A stretch of 64,000 nt of DNA from contig OZ361259.1 of the NCBI GenBank assembly GCA_977018835.1, positions 3,286,001 through 3,350,000 of the forward strand. The letters are read 5' to 3'. This DNA comes from Minutocellus sp. GHC0000111 (lineage: Eukaryota). A program made the position numbers and the translations under genes. Within the stretch, counting starts at the first letter, position 1. Every line of letters starts with the position of its first letter. The notes under the pieces were generated by a model that was not told the DNA's origin, searched no databases, and saw only the letters and a program-made list of their open reading frames with translations. Positions 13,348 through 23,605 of the stretch are shown in pieces.

Positions 13348-13493
13348 CGTTGACTATTGGTTCAATTTATGGTCGATAAATATTGGAATGTTTACTTGAG
13401 AGGTGTGGGGCAATTTGGTGGATTTTGATGGGAACCGACAAGTTAAAATTTCGATGTATGTTGCAATGTGCATCACTCTTGCTGGTCCCGTCT

Positions 13494-14432
13494 TCAAGCC
13501 GACACCACAACATAATCTTCGTCAAATTCCAACCGATACCCCCTCCGCTCTCTACTAGTATCCAAACACTGCTCTTGAATAAACTTTTCCACCTTCCTTT
13601 CCGCCTCCTCCCTCCCTGCCTCCCCCAGCTCCTCCCATTCCGTCGGCGTCCACGTGTCTGCAATCGAAAACAATCTCACGAGATTGGTAAATTCTGCCAA
13701 CAGGTCCGCAGGTACCGCCAGCGAAACCTTTTGAGGATATGCCCTGTATGCCACGTTTGGCAAATCATCCAGCTTTCGACACAGCGTGCCGGTGTGCATC
13801 TCCACCTCGTGATTCGGTCGGAGGGAGCACATGAACTCGTACCACGGACCACGGGGGGCGATCAGCGCCACCACAAGACGACCATTGGGTTTTCGCAACC
13901 CCGCATGCAACTTTTGCAAACATTCCGTCCATTTCGATGTGGCGACGTGATACAGCACGTGCGAGCACAGGATCAAATCGTACGCGTCGGGGGCAATGGT
14001 GGCCTCCTCCAGCGTGGGTGATGGATGGACGGCAAAGGGTGGTTCCGACCGGGCATAGCTGGCCAGATAGTCCGGTGAGGGGTTGGGTTCCATCACCTCG
14101 ATTATACGGAAATGTCGGGCCAATTTGTGCGTGATTTGTCCGGGACCAGCGCCGACGTCCAGAAGTGACAGCCCATTATTTCCACTGTTTCGTTTCTCAT
14201 CATCACTACTACTCGTAGCATCGTTACTTATTGTTGAAGAAGATGATGACGATTGTAGTAGATCCGGTATCACTGTCCGTTCGAGGAAGGCGATGATGTG
14301 TTGGACGTGCTGGGAGTAATCCGAATACAAATGCTCCACTTGAGAGTATATTTCGTCGGTGAAGCAAGAGTGGCCGATGCCGGTGCTTGCTGGGGTGGTG
14401 GTAGCCGTGCCCTCGCCGTTCTTCAGGCTCAT
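13494..14432 (-). CDS. Class I SAM-dependent methyltransferase
   Basis: LLDVGAGPG (motif I), YDLILCSHVLYHV, LRKPNGRL. ATG at 14432. Confidence 0.85.
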   Translation of the reverse strand: MSLKNGEGTATTTPASTGIGHSCFTDEIYSQVEHLYSDYSQHVQHIIAFLERTVIPDLLQSSSSSSTISNDATSSSDDEKRNSGNNGLSLLDVGAGPGQITHKLARHFRIIEVMEPNPSPDYLASYARSEPPFAVHPSPTLEEATIAPDAYDLILCSHVLYHVATSKWTECLQKLHAGLRKPNGRLVVALIAPRGPWYEFMCSLRPNHEVEMHTGTLCRKLDDLPNVAYRAYPQKVSLAVPADLLAEFTNLVRLFSIADTWTPTEWEELGEAGREEAERKVEKFIQEQCLDTSRERRGYRLEFDEDYVVVSA

Positions 14433-15055
14433 GGTCGGTGGCCGACGTTGTTTCAAGCCTGCCAAGAGTGAAAAGTGAAAGTGAAAGTCGTTCTGTTTTC
14501 GTGACTTGTTCGACTGCCAATGTCAGCCGGCAGGCTTTTTCCGTACCTAGGTAAGTCGGCGCTGCAGGCTCGTATCGGAGGGAATTTTTTGTCGATCAGA
14601 TGCGATGCGTGCCAGAGATCGGCCTTGACTGAACTGGCGATGAGAGATGCCATTGGATGACAATATTGTTCTCGGTCCTTGGCTGAAACGGCAAAGAATA
14701 GGGTCTGGCTTGTCGCCCAGTACTCTGGCGTTACTTCGATCTGCGGCTGTTTTCCCCGAGGCGTAGCAGTCTAAAAAACGAGCCCATCTTGCGTGCCTTG
14801 TGCATGTGCTACTTTTGGACTCTTGACCGCTTCGCTTTTTCGTTCGTTCTGTGCCAACACAACCCTCCAGAAAGCGAGCAATTGTCATTTGCCCTGATAC
14901 TAGTACCCTGTTCCTCGTGGCAATCGGCCGGTCCTAGTGCATCTCTTGTTCGTTCCGATAACGTTATTTTTCGCTGATCGATTGCGTCGCGGGCTGGCTC
15001 CGTATCTTTTTATACGCTCTGTGCTGAGCCGAGGCAAAATATTATCAGTACAACA

Positions 15056-17278
15056 ATGCCGTCCTCGTCCGACAACGTCGGCACCCCAAATCGCCGTCGG
15101 CGGAGCGGCAGCCGCGGCCGGGCCAGGGTGTCGATCACCACCACCGACAACCATACAAACAATACCGGCAGCCACGAGGCCGACCCAAGCACCGCAGTCC
15201 TCGCCCCGGCCTCCTCGTCGGCCTCGGACCTTCGCCAGGTCCGCACCGTCCGGACGGGCGACACGACCGTCCCGACCGGAGCCCGCACGCGAGGAGGCGC
15301 CGGCAGCGGCAATGACAACAGCAGCAACACGGCCAACCTCACCGGCGGGCTGGGGAGTCCCAACTCGCACTCCACCGGCAACGATGGGCCCTCCTCCCAG
15401 CAGTTAGTTGGAGAAGGAGTGGGAGACGTCGTCGTCGCCCCCTCCCCCTCGTACCAATCCATGGGGGCCGGTACCCAGGCCACCGCGACGGCCGGGGGAC
15501 TTTTGTATTCGGCGCTTGGTACTATTAAGGAGTGGACCAACGACATTGCCAACGACTTAATGGCGGTGGATAACAACAACAACGATGCCAATGCCAACAG
15601 AACGTCGTCGTCGGGCGACAGAAATATGGAGGGGGGTGGAAATAGTGGCGATGGCAATCGGAGCAGCCATGCCAATGACAACAACACCAACGACAACAAG
15701 AAGAAGACCTCCAGTCCCGGAAGAAAATTGCGGGACGCCGTCGTCCGATCGCTGTCGCCCAGCAGCCGACGCGGCAGTGCCAAGAACGCTCAACAACAGC
15801 AGTCCTTGCGAGTGACGGGAACCAACCCATGCGGTCCGGCCCTCAGCCAGGTGATGGACGACTTTGTTCAGGCCACGACGATGGATGGCGATGTCAACAA
15901 CAACAATGCCAACACCAACAAGCCCATGTCCAAGATGCGGCAGAAATTAGTCAAGAGCACCACCAAGAGTGGGACCAATAGGAGCAACAAGGCTATATCG
16001 AGCAGCAGTCCCGGCCGGAACGATTACAGCCTCAATGGCAGCGAGTTGCTCGGCATACAACAAGGCCAAAATACAGATGGCATCGGGGTCGGAGGCGGGG
16101 ACTCCACCGTCGTGGCGCGGACCAACCCACGGAACGACAATGCGAATGAAAAGAACAAGAAACCGAGGGATGTTGGCAATGCTACCACCAATGCCACCAA
16201 TGACAGAGAAACGAAGCCGCAAATCATCGGTCCGGTCCAGTTCCTCCAGCACATGATGTCGACCAACTGCATGGCAGGTACCGACCTCGCCGAGCTTGGG
16301 TTTGGCGGAGGCGATTCCGACGACGACGACGACGGTTCGTCGTACGAGGACTCGTCCTCCGAGGACGAGTCGGATTACAGCGACACCACCGGCCACAGCA
16401 GCGGCCGGAATCGGCGGCAGCAGAGCAGCAGTGGGAGGCGCGCACAGCAGCAGCAGCGCCGCAGCGGCAGCCGGCGCAGTGGTGGTAGCCGAGGCCGAGG
16501 CCGGGGACGGCGGGGCAGCTCGACGCTGTCGGGCCGGCCCGAGAACATCCCCGAGGGAGACGAGGACGAGGACAGCAGCACCGTTACCGGTGCCGAGGAG
16601 GATTTGGACGTCATCGGACGGCGGCCCGGTGTTGGCGTTGTGAGGGACAAGGGTGGTGGCACTCCCAGGCAACACAACCGAAAGTCCGTCTCGGCCAATG
16701 CCAGTAGCGGTGACGTATCCGATCTTCGTCACTTTTCCAAGCAAATCATCGACAAAGGATTTCCACTCATTTTGCACCGAGTCCACAATTCCAAGCTTCA
16801 GATGGAACCAACGGACATTACCACCTTCCTCATGCTGGACGAGGAATCACCGGATCCCTGCTTGACATGGGACATCTACGACGATGCCGCCGGCAGGTCC
16901 AAAAAGGTCATCGCAAGAGGCAGCATTCCTCTTTTTGAGATTGCATCGGTCGAGAAGGCCGAGGCGAAGCATCTGCAGGCCTACCCCTTTGCCATGCCGA
17001 GCCATAGCTTCTTTGTTGCCCTTAGCAATGGCGGGGTCATCCTCTTCGAGGCCAAGGACAAGGACCAGAAGGAGGTGTTCGTCCGCAGCATCCGTTGGGT
17101 CGTGGCTCGTCTTTCTTTCAACCTCATCGTTGGCAACGGCAGCATCTGCACCGAGCTGGGCCTTATAGGCTGGGACGCATTGGACGAAGATGTTGATTCT
17201 ACCATGGACGACGTCACCAATCGTTTGGTCGATGTATCTGTTCAGGCTGTCGGTGCCAACTCAATGATGAAAGCATGA
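15056..17278 (+). CDS. Low-complexity (N/S/G/D-rich) protein with a C-terminal PH-like domain
   Basis: 740-aa ORF. The C-terminal SIPLFEIASVEK...SFFVALSNGGVILFEAKDKDQKEVFVRSIRWVV has a PH-like pattern. Confidence 0.65.
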   Translation: MPSSSDNVGTPNRRRRSGSRGRARVSITTTDNHTNNTGSHEADPSTAVLAPASSSASDLRQVRTVRTGDTTVPTGARTRGGAGSGNDNSSNTANLTGGLGSPNSHSTGNDGPSSQQLVGEGVGDVVVAPSPSYQSMGAGTQATATAGGLLYSALGTIKEWTNDIANDLMAVDNNNNDANANRTSSSGDRNMEGGGNSGDGNRSSHANDNNTNDNKKKTSSPGRKLRDAVVRSLSPSSRRGSAKNAQQQQSLRVTGTNPCGPALSQVMDDFVQATTMDGDVNNNNANTNKPMSKMRQKLVKSTTKSGTNRSNKAISSSSPGRNDYSLNGSELLGIQQGQNTDGIGVGGGDSTVVARTNPRNDNANEKNKKPRDVGNATTNATNDRETKPQIIGPVQFLQHMMSTNCMAGTDLAELGFGGGDSDDDDDGSSYEDSSSEDESDYSDTTGHSSGRNRRQQSSSGRRAQQQQRRSGSRRSGGSRGRGRGRRGSSTLSGRPENIPEGDEDEDSSTVTGAEEDLDVIGRRPGVGVVRDKGGGTPRQHNRKSVSANASSGDVSDLRHFSKQIIDKGFPLILHRVHNSKLQMEPTDITTFLMLDEESPDPCLTWDIYDDAAGRSKKVIARGSIPLFEIASVEKAEAKHLQAYPFAMPSHSFFVALSNGGVILFEAKDKDQKEVFVRSIRWVVARLSFNLIVGNGSICTELGLIGWDALDEDVDSTMDDVTNRLVDVSVQAVGANSMMKA

Positions 17279-17373
17279 AAAGAGAAGAAAGAATACATGT
17301 ATGAAAATAGATTTGATACGAAAAACACTATTTATGAATACCCAAAAACAGAACCAAAGACCGAAACTAATAT

Positions 17374-17692
17374 CCCTCGTGAGAGAATAATGCTGTTGAC
17401 CAGCCTTAACCCCGGAGAACCCGGGGTTTAGCAACTCGGGCAAAGCTAGGCGACAAGGTGACACGGTCTTGAAAACTCTGATTTGTCTCATTCTTGAGAG
17501 CCAAGTATTGATGCAAGCAAGCAGAGGAATCAACAATCTGAAGGCCCAGTGCACCTTGACTTGCTTTTAACAATGGATATGCAAAAAGAATGAAACGAAA
17601 AGATGTTATACCCCGGAATGCCCGGGGTATAATGAATGAGCCTCGGGAACCCCGGGAATCCCGGGGTATTTTGATGACACTTTTCACGAGGG
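17374..17692. mobile_element. MITE (~320 bp) with CCCTCGTGA terminal inverted repeats flanked by ATAT (or TA) duplication
   Basis: atat|ccctcgtgaga at 17370-17384 and tttcacgaggg|atat at 17682-17696. Several internal CCCCGG..CCGGGG palindromes. Lies between two convergent genes. Confidence 0.75.
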
Positions 17693-17733
17693 ATATATAA
17701 ATGCGTTAAAAATTACAACAGCATCGTTCCTAT

Positions 17734-19665
17734 TTATTCCACCTCGAGCTTATTCCTCAATGCTTCGATTCTAGCAATCGCATCTGCGTCATACGATGCA
17801 TCTAATATCCGCACCGCCAAGTCGAATGTTTTGTTGGCATTCTGCACCTCCCACCCATTGTTCCGGTCGACAAATTCCAGCATCCGCATGAGGAGCCCCT
17901 CGGCCCGGGGCGGCGAAATGCCAACCTCGCTGTTCTTCCATGCTTGAAGGACGGCGCTGAAGGCGATGGGATTCGGCCTGGCCTCTACCACGCCATCGTC
18001 CTCGTACAGCTCCTCCATGTGATCCAGAATGGCTTCGGCAAACTCGCCACATCCCTTCTTGAAGCTCTTAGCATGAGCGTGAATTACACTGGCATATGTA
18101 ATCTGATTGGGCTTGATGTCGTCATCTTCGGTATCCTCGTACAACGCCTCAATGCGATCCAAGAGTTGCTCGGCACGCAGCCCAGCGCCAGGGCCACCGG
18201 TACGACTCCACGCATTGATACAGGAGTTGAAGCTCTTGATGTCGGGCTTGACGGCCACGTCCCCGGCAATGTACTGGCGTTCCATGCTGTTGAGCAGATT
18301 CTCGGCGCGCTAGGCAGAGCCGTACTCCTCCGCACGGGCCCAGGCATCAATCACGGAATTGAAGCTGATGGTATCGGCACGGACGTCGGCGTCGCCGCTG
18401 GTCTTGGCCATCTGCTGCATGCGCGCGAGCAAGTCTTCGGCCAGCTCGGCACTTCCAGCCTCCCCGCTCTTGGCCAACGCCGCGATGACGGAGTTGTACA
18501 CCACGGTGGTAGGCTTGACATTGTCGTCACCATCGCGGTGGAGCTGTTCCATCCTGTCCAACAGCTGCTGCGCACGCTCGGCGGCCGATCGGCCCAGGAG
18601 GTCGGAATCGCCGGTGTTGTCGCTTTCGTCATTGTTCTTCTTGTTCTGCTTACCAGAGCCCGTCGAGGCCGAGGTCCACGCCTTGATGAGCGACGAAAAC
18701 GTAAAGGCATCGGGACTCACACCACTGGTACCTCCGGCAGCTCTCAGATCCTCCATCCGATCCAAAATGGCCTCGGCACGGGCAATGCCACCCCCACCCC
18801 GAATGCTGGCAAAGGCATCCAAAACCGAGTTGTAAATAATGGTATTGGACGCCAGTCGATCATCCCGTCCGGAATCGTCGTACAGCCTCTCCAACTCGTG
18901 GAGCAACTCCTCCGCCCGCTCGGCGTTGGCCTTGCCTCCGGCATTGGTGAGACATTTGATGACCGATCCGTAGGTAATGGCATCGGGCTGAACGTTCTTG
19001 TCTTGCGATGCCTTCATCTCCTCCAGCAATTCCAGGGCACGGTCGGCGCCGTCTCGCTTGCCGCGGCGGCTGGTGGCGTGGGCGTTGATGACGGAATTGT
19101 ACGTGACGGGCAGATTTTGAACCACCTCCAAATATTCCTCGGCCTTGTCGGTCATGCCCCGACGGGCGAAGCAGTTGATCAGGGCGTTGTACGTGTACGC
19201 GTTGGGACGGAGGTCGAGACGATTGTCGTCATTGGCAATTTGGGTAATTTTGGAAACGAGTTCTTCGGCACGGGCCGGGGCATTGCGATCGCGGCTCCGC
19301 GACCAAGCGCCGACGACCTTGGTGACGGAAACGACGTCGGCCTTGTCGAGGTTGGAAAGGAGGTACTGTTCGGCCTGTTCGGGTTGGCTGATGTTTGCAG
19401 CACCTCCTCGCTTATTGCTATTCTTTCCCTGATTACCGCCCTGACGATTGCGGGGACTCAGAATGTTCTTGAGTTCCTTGGTGAATTGACGGGTCTCGGG
19501 AGTCACCGTCGAGGCATACAGGAGAGATGTTGGGCTGATGCTGGCAGCAGTGCCGGCCGTTGCATGTGAAAGCGAACCGACATGTGCAGGAACGGGCGCA
19601 AAGGCAGTCACGCCGAGACCGCCGCAAGATACCGACACGAAAATAGCAGCGAGCGAGAATTTCAT
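17734..19665 (-). CDS. Plastid-targeted pentatricopeptide-repeat (PPR) protein; one in-frame TAG at 18310-18312
   Basis: Presequence ...GVTAFAP. Repeated PNAYTYNALIN / PDAITYGSVIK / PDIKSFNSCINAW motifs. Reads GSA*RAENLLNSME through the stop in the same frame. Confidence 0.88.
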
Positions 19666-19910
19666 GCTGCAGATAATTGTGATATATTGTCCAACGTGAC
19701 CTTTGCTGATGCTCTGTTCTCCTGGTCGATCGATACCAGCCAGGTCAGCAGGTCAACGTGATGTGGGCGATGTCTTGCTTCTTCCGATTGCTTGGCTGGG
19801 AAACGGCGTCCTTGTGTCTGTCCGAAAACTCCCTCGTGCGCACTTGGCTGGTGGCTCTCGCCGCAGCCATCTCATTCCTCATTCCGGCTACTTTTCAACC
19901 TTGCTTCAAG

Positions 19911-20693
19911 ATGACAATGACGACCAGATTGCTTGCGTTCGTCGCCCTCTTCCTTGGCAGTGTCGAGGCATTTGCACCCGCTGTCTCGTCAGGCGCTTTG
20001 AGAATATCTCGTGGTGATAATTCTGCTAGCACATCATGTGCTCGAAATACATGCCACCAATCATTATCAAGCCGACTTTACCTATTTGAAAAGATGTTCG
20101 AAGAGGAAGGTGCCTTGGGCAAGGGCATCACCGTGGGCAAGGTGCAGGTAGCCCTCGATTGCCTCAACCGCGGTTCGGACTCCATCTTTGCCCTACTGGA
20201 AAAGTCCGCCAACAATGGCGGAAGCGACCCGTGGGAGCTGGCCCAGCTCACCAATTCCGTTTGTCTGTCCCTCCTGCGCAAATCCGACGAATGGGTCGGG
20301 GCCTGCTCCGATTCCAAGTGGTTCAAGTGGGAAGACGCCGGCAAGGCGGAAAGTCTGTACAACGACTGGGCCAACCGAGAGGCCGCCAAGTTTGAGAAGG
20401 AGTATGTGCCGACTGCCAGTAGTCGTGCAGATTCCGACACCGTTCCAGGTGGACCGACTACCGTGGTGGTGAGCATCATTCTGGAAATACAGGGCGATAC
20501 AACCAAGTTTGAGGGTGCCGGATTTAGCATTGCGGGTACGAAGGAGGTATTGTCGAGCATTGCCAGCGACGTCAACGTCGAGGGCGGGGAATGCTTGAAT
20601 GCCGTGGAGGTGTTTTGGACGCCAAGCGACAAGGACGAGGTATTGACCAAGCAGGATCTCATCATGGACTTTCCCGAGTTGATTGACTTGTAG
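19911..20693 (+). CDS. Plastid-targeted DUF1517-family protein
   Basis: Presequence ...GSVEAFAP; VGKVQVAL; C-terminal AVEVFWTPSDKDEVLTKQDLIMDFPEL typical of DUF1517. Confidence 0.8.
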   Translation: MTMTTRLLAFVALFLGSVEAFAPAVSSGALRISRGDNSASTSCARNTCHQSLSSRLYLFEKMFEEEGALGKGITVGKVQVALDCLNRGSDSIFALLEKSANNGGSDPWELAQLTNSVCLSLLRKSDEWVGACSDSKWFKWEDAGKAESLYNDWANREAAKFEKEYVPTASSRADSDTVPGGPTTVVVSIILEIQGDTTKFEGAGFSIAGTKEVLSSIASDVNVEGGECLNAVEVFWTPSDKDEVLTKQDLIMDFPELIDL

Positions 20694-20892
20694 TATCCTG
20701 CAACATGTTATTAGGTACAGGTGCATGTAGCTAAAGCAAAGATAAGAACAATGTAGATAGAATCGATAGATATGCTGGGCAGAGTTAGTAATTATTTATT
20801 ACAGTATATATATTGTTACAGTATTTACATTGGAAGTCGGAATCGGAAAGAACAGGAACAGAAAATATACATGCAGTGCTTTTGGACTGGAT

Positions 20893-21480
20893 CTAGCCAG
20901 CTACTCTATTCATCGTTTTGAAAAACGCAAATGGATCATTTGACCAATCTCTTTGATTCATGGTAGCCTCGAAGGCATCACGCTTTGCCCTGCGTTGAGC
21001 ACGATCAGCTGCCTCGGCGGTGGTTTCGGAGTATGCCCTGGCAATATCGTCGGGAGAATTTTCGGCATCCTGGGCTTCAAAGACCGCGCAAAGCGCTGCG
21101 TTTTTATTGGCAAGGAGTTCAGTGTATACCTCGCGGGAGATGAGATGTTCGAGACCTCTAGTGTCTTGTGTGGTTGGGTCGAGGGCAGTCCTGTGGCGGA
21201 TGGCGCGCAGAGTCACGGCGATGTCCTCCTTGCATTCTTGCCGATCCCCTTCATTGAAGTACACGGATGAGATTTGCTCTTGCTCCATGTTGTGAAGGGA
21301 GGCGATTGTCGTCACTTCAACCTGGCTGGAAAATGTGATGGTTAGATGCTTTGCTTTTTTCTGGGGTCTCCGCTTTGGAGCATTTTGTGTATGCGAAGGG
21401 ATCGCGAGAGTTGCTGCGGAGTACAGGTAGGCGGACTCACTTGCAACCGGCGAGGGCAAAGAAGGTGGTGTAGCAAGCAT
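20893..21480 (-). CDS. Hypothetical protein of a lineage-expanded family (V/IxF...DI..T...TRGLEHL motif); paralog of 25285-25779
   Basis: Shares TRGLEHL and RAxxxAxxDA with the ORF at 25285-25779. Confidence 0.7.
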   Translation of the reverse strand: MLATPPSLPSPVASESAYLYSAATLAIPSHTQNAPKRRPQKKAKHLTITFSSQVEVTTIASLHNMEQEQISSVYFNEGDRQECKEDIAVTLRAIRHRTALDPTTQDTRGLEHLISREVYTELLANKNAALCAVFEAQDAENSPDDIARAYSETTAEAADRAQRRAKRDAFEATMNQRDWSNDPFAFFKTMNRVAG

Positions 21481-21951
21481 GGCGAATGAGCAGAGTGGTG
21501 GTGTTAGCTTGTCTATTGCAGTAGAAGGATTTGCGGGCAGGCGTCGGCTGCTGTTTGGCTTACTGCCTCCTGCTTGGAATGATATCGGAATGCAAATCCT
21601 TTGCATTCCGACAGAAAAGGCGGGTTTCCAGGGTGCCTAGGTACGCACTCTCTGCAATAATCAAAGCGTGCACTTATTGCAACTCAAGTTGAACCTCTCA
21701 AGAAAAAAGAAAGTCGAACTTTCGGAAACGAACTGGCGCAAAAAGTCTTTTTGTGCCTGACTTCTCCTTGAACTATCGCAACGCTCGTGGCAAGGAAGTG
21801 CGCACTAGCTAGTAGCGAGCACAGGCAGCCAACACATTGCCGAGAACGTGCCGCACCGTGCAAATCTGCCTCGTGCACATCATTTTTTCTCACCGAAACC
21901 CTCCTTCCAACCCTTCCTCCTTCCTGCGCAATTGATTTGCATTGCAAAACA

Positions 21952-22212
21952 ATGAACATTCTCTCATCATCAAACAACACGGACCTTCGAAGAGTCGATT
22001 GTCATCAAACAAATCCAAAAGCTCGTCGCACTGTTAGCTTTGACAGAAACACCATCATCCTTGAAGTGTCATGTCTTCGAAGCCACACCGAGTCGAAATG
22101 ACCATGTTGTGGCTCACCCCTCAAGACAACCTCCGCATCAAAAACGATGTGTGAAACGACGGACCGTCAAGAACGTGCAAAGAGGATGTGATGAGTCGAT
22201 CATGACCGACAC
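21952..22212 (+). pseudogene. Truncated, frameshifted paralog of the 25285-25779 gene, interrupted by a Copia relic
   Basis: Across two frameshifts it reads RTVSFDRNTIILEVSCLRSHT / EMTMLWLTPQDNLRIKNDV / KRRTVKNVQRGCDES. The paralog reads KVAFVETVVIHEVLSLQSYTDVEMEKCWLTPRDHCRMQKDIKRTTKYMRRGCDES. Confidence 0.75.
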
Positions 22213-22229
22213 ACGGCACCAGCGCGGCA

Positions 22230-22970
22230 GATGGCTCTCTCCGCACGACTGCGACTTGGGCATTGTCGGAACGGAGCATGCGCGTGACGCCATTGTGCCG
22301 AGTGAAATCCGACAAGGTCTTGACGAAAGAAGATTCAGACTGCATGCCACAGACGGCGTCAAACCTTTCGCCAGTGGCTCGGAGGAGTTGACTGATCTTG
22401 CGCTCGACGCGCTGGTCCAAGCAGGTGGTCCATGCAAGCGCTCGACCTCCTTGAGCTCCGGACAAAGCATCATGAGCAAGCTCAATGATGGAACGATCAG
22501 GAACGATGGCCTTGTGTTGAGTCCAGCGTCTGGGCCTCCAATTGTCAAAGAAGTCCCAATCAGTGACGTCATGCAACGCCATCCGCCGAGCAAGAACGCA
22601 ATCCTTCACATCGGAAGGTCCGAACCGCCGCAAGGCACACAGCAGGCGACCGAACATCAGCGACCCAGCCACGGCAGTGTGGTCCCCAACTGTCTCCTCC
22701 GTCGTTTCGGAGCCGCGGATGTCGGCGGCGGTGGCCAGCGCGTCGAGAGCGGCGGTGTCCGTCATGGTTGTCTATTATGGCTGTGTTGGTTGTTTTTCAA
22801 CGCGGTGAAAGCAAGGCAAGATTTTTTATGAAAAAAAATAAAAAAAAAACAAAAGAGCGGCGGCTCGTGGTCCCGCTCAGGCCGAGGGGAGCTTCCCCCC
22901 GAAAACCAAAACCCCGCGGCTCAAATGAACCGGTAACATGAGGTCATCGCCGAAATCAATTGAATGACAT
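22230..22970 (-). mobile_element. Internally deleted Ty1/Copia relic: 5' leader, putative gag start (ATG 22765) fused to an integrase-core fragment
   Basis: AVCGMQSESSFVKTLSDFTRHNGVTRMLRSDNAQV resembles the diatom Copia integrase core (VYGM.SE..F..TL.DFIR..G....L.SDNA). Poly-T leader upstream. Boundaries are approximate and no LTR pair was found. Confidence 0.65.
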
Positions 22971-23275
22971 GTATACCGATCTACATAATATCATGCAACA
23001 TTCTTGTATTTTCTCGTTACATTGTACATGAACATACTACTTTGGAAAAGAAAGTCTATATAATAGATCTTTGTTACCAAATGCATATAAATATAAAGCA
23101 TATTACAATTAGTAATTCGGCCGTACAACGCACTTGCTTGCGAATCAAACTCAAATTCCGTACATTATGAAGAACATTCGACTCGTGACAGGGCTGACAT
23201 GGCAAAGAAGGCATTAAATTCGAACATGATCCGAGTATAATCACATTTAAAAAAATTGGTAAAATGCAGTCATTG

Positions 23276-23605
23276 TCAGGATTTACTGCCCTTGACAGAT
23301 TCATCTGAGCCACAATTTCCTTCATCGTCTCCAAATGATATTTCGTTGTCATCCATGCATTTTTTCAGTGGACGAAAAGGATCCATACAGTCGGTCGCCT
23401 TTTCTGAAGCCTGTACACATGCATGCCATTTTATGAATGCGTCCCGACAGGGTCCATCTAAAAAGAATCTGCAAAATGGGCAGTCCTCATCAATTTTTGG
23501 TGTCGATTCTGGCTTCGAAGAAGCCGCAGGCTCACTTTTTGCATCGATATCATCCCCGTCGCATCCTGCAGGTACATTTGACGAAGACCTCTGCATCAAT
23601 ATCAA
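23276..23605 (-). CDS. Small Cys-rich GCK/CHCH-like protein (5' end unresolved)
   Basis: CPFCRFFLDGPCRDAFIKWHAC...DCMDPFRPLKKCM, a twin-Cys pattern. Confidence 0.7.
   Translation of the reverse strand: MILMQRSSSNVPAGCDGDDIDAKSEPAASSKPESTPKIDEDCPFCRFFLDGPCRDAFIKWHACVQASEKATDCMDPFRPLKKCMDDNEISFGDDEGNCGSDESVKGSKS

Noticed and set aside
15570..16570. AAC/GAC/CAG trinucleotide-like runs
   Set aside because: They encode low-complexity Asn/Asp/Gln tracts within the 740-aa ORF and are not independent repeats.
17944..19569. 541-aa plus-strand ORF (and similar long antisense ORFs, e.g. 52395-53480, 15947-16786)
   Set aside because: Antisense shadows of GC-rich, codon-biased genes, with no recognisable motifs.
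22040..22831. 263-aa plus-strand ORF over the Copia relic
   Set aside because: Open only because loss of TpA removes TAA/TAG stops; several frames are open here for the same reason.
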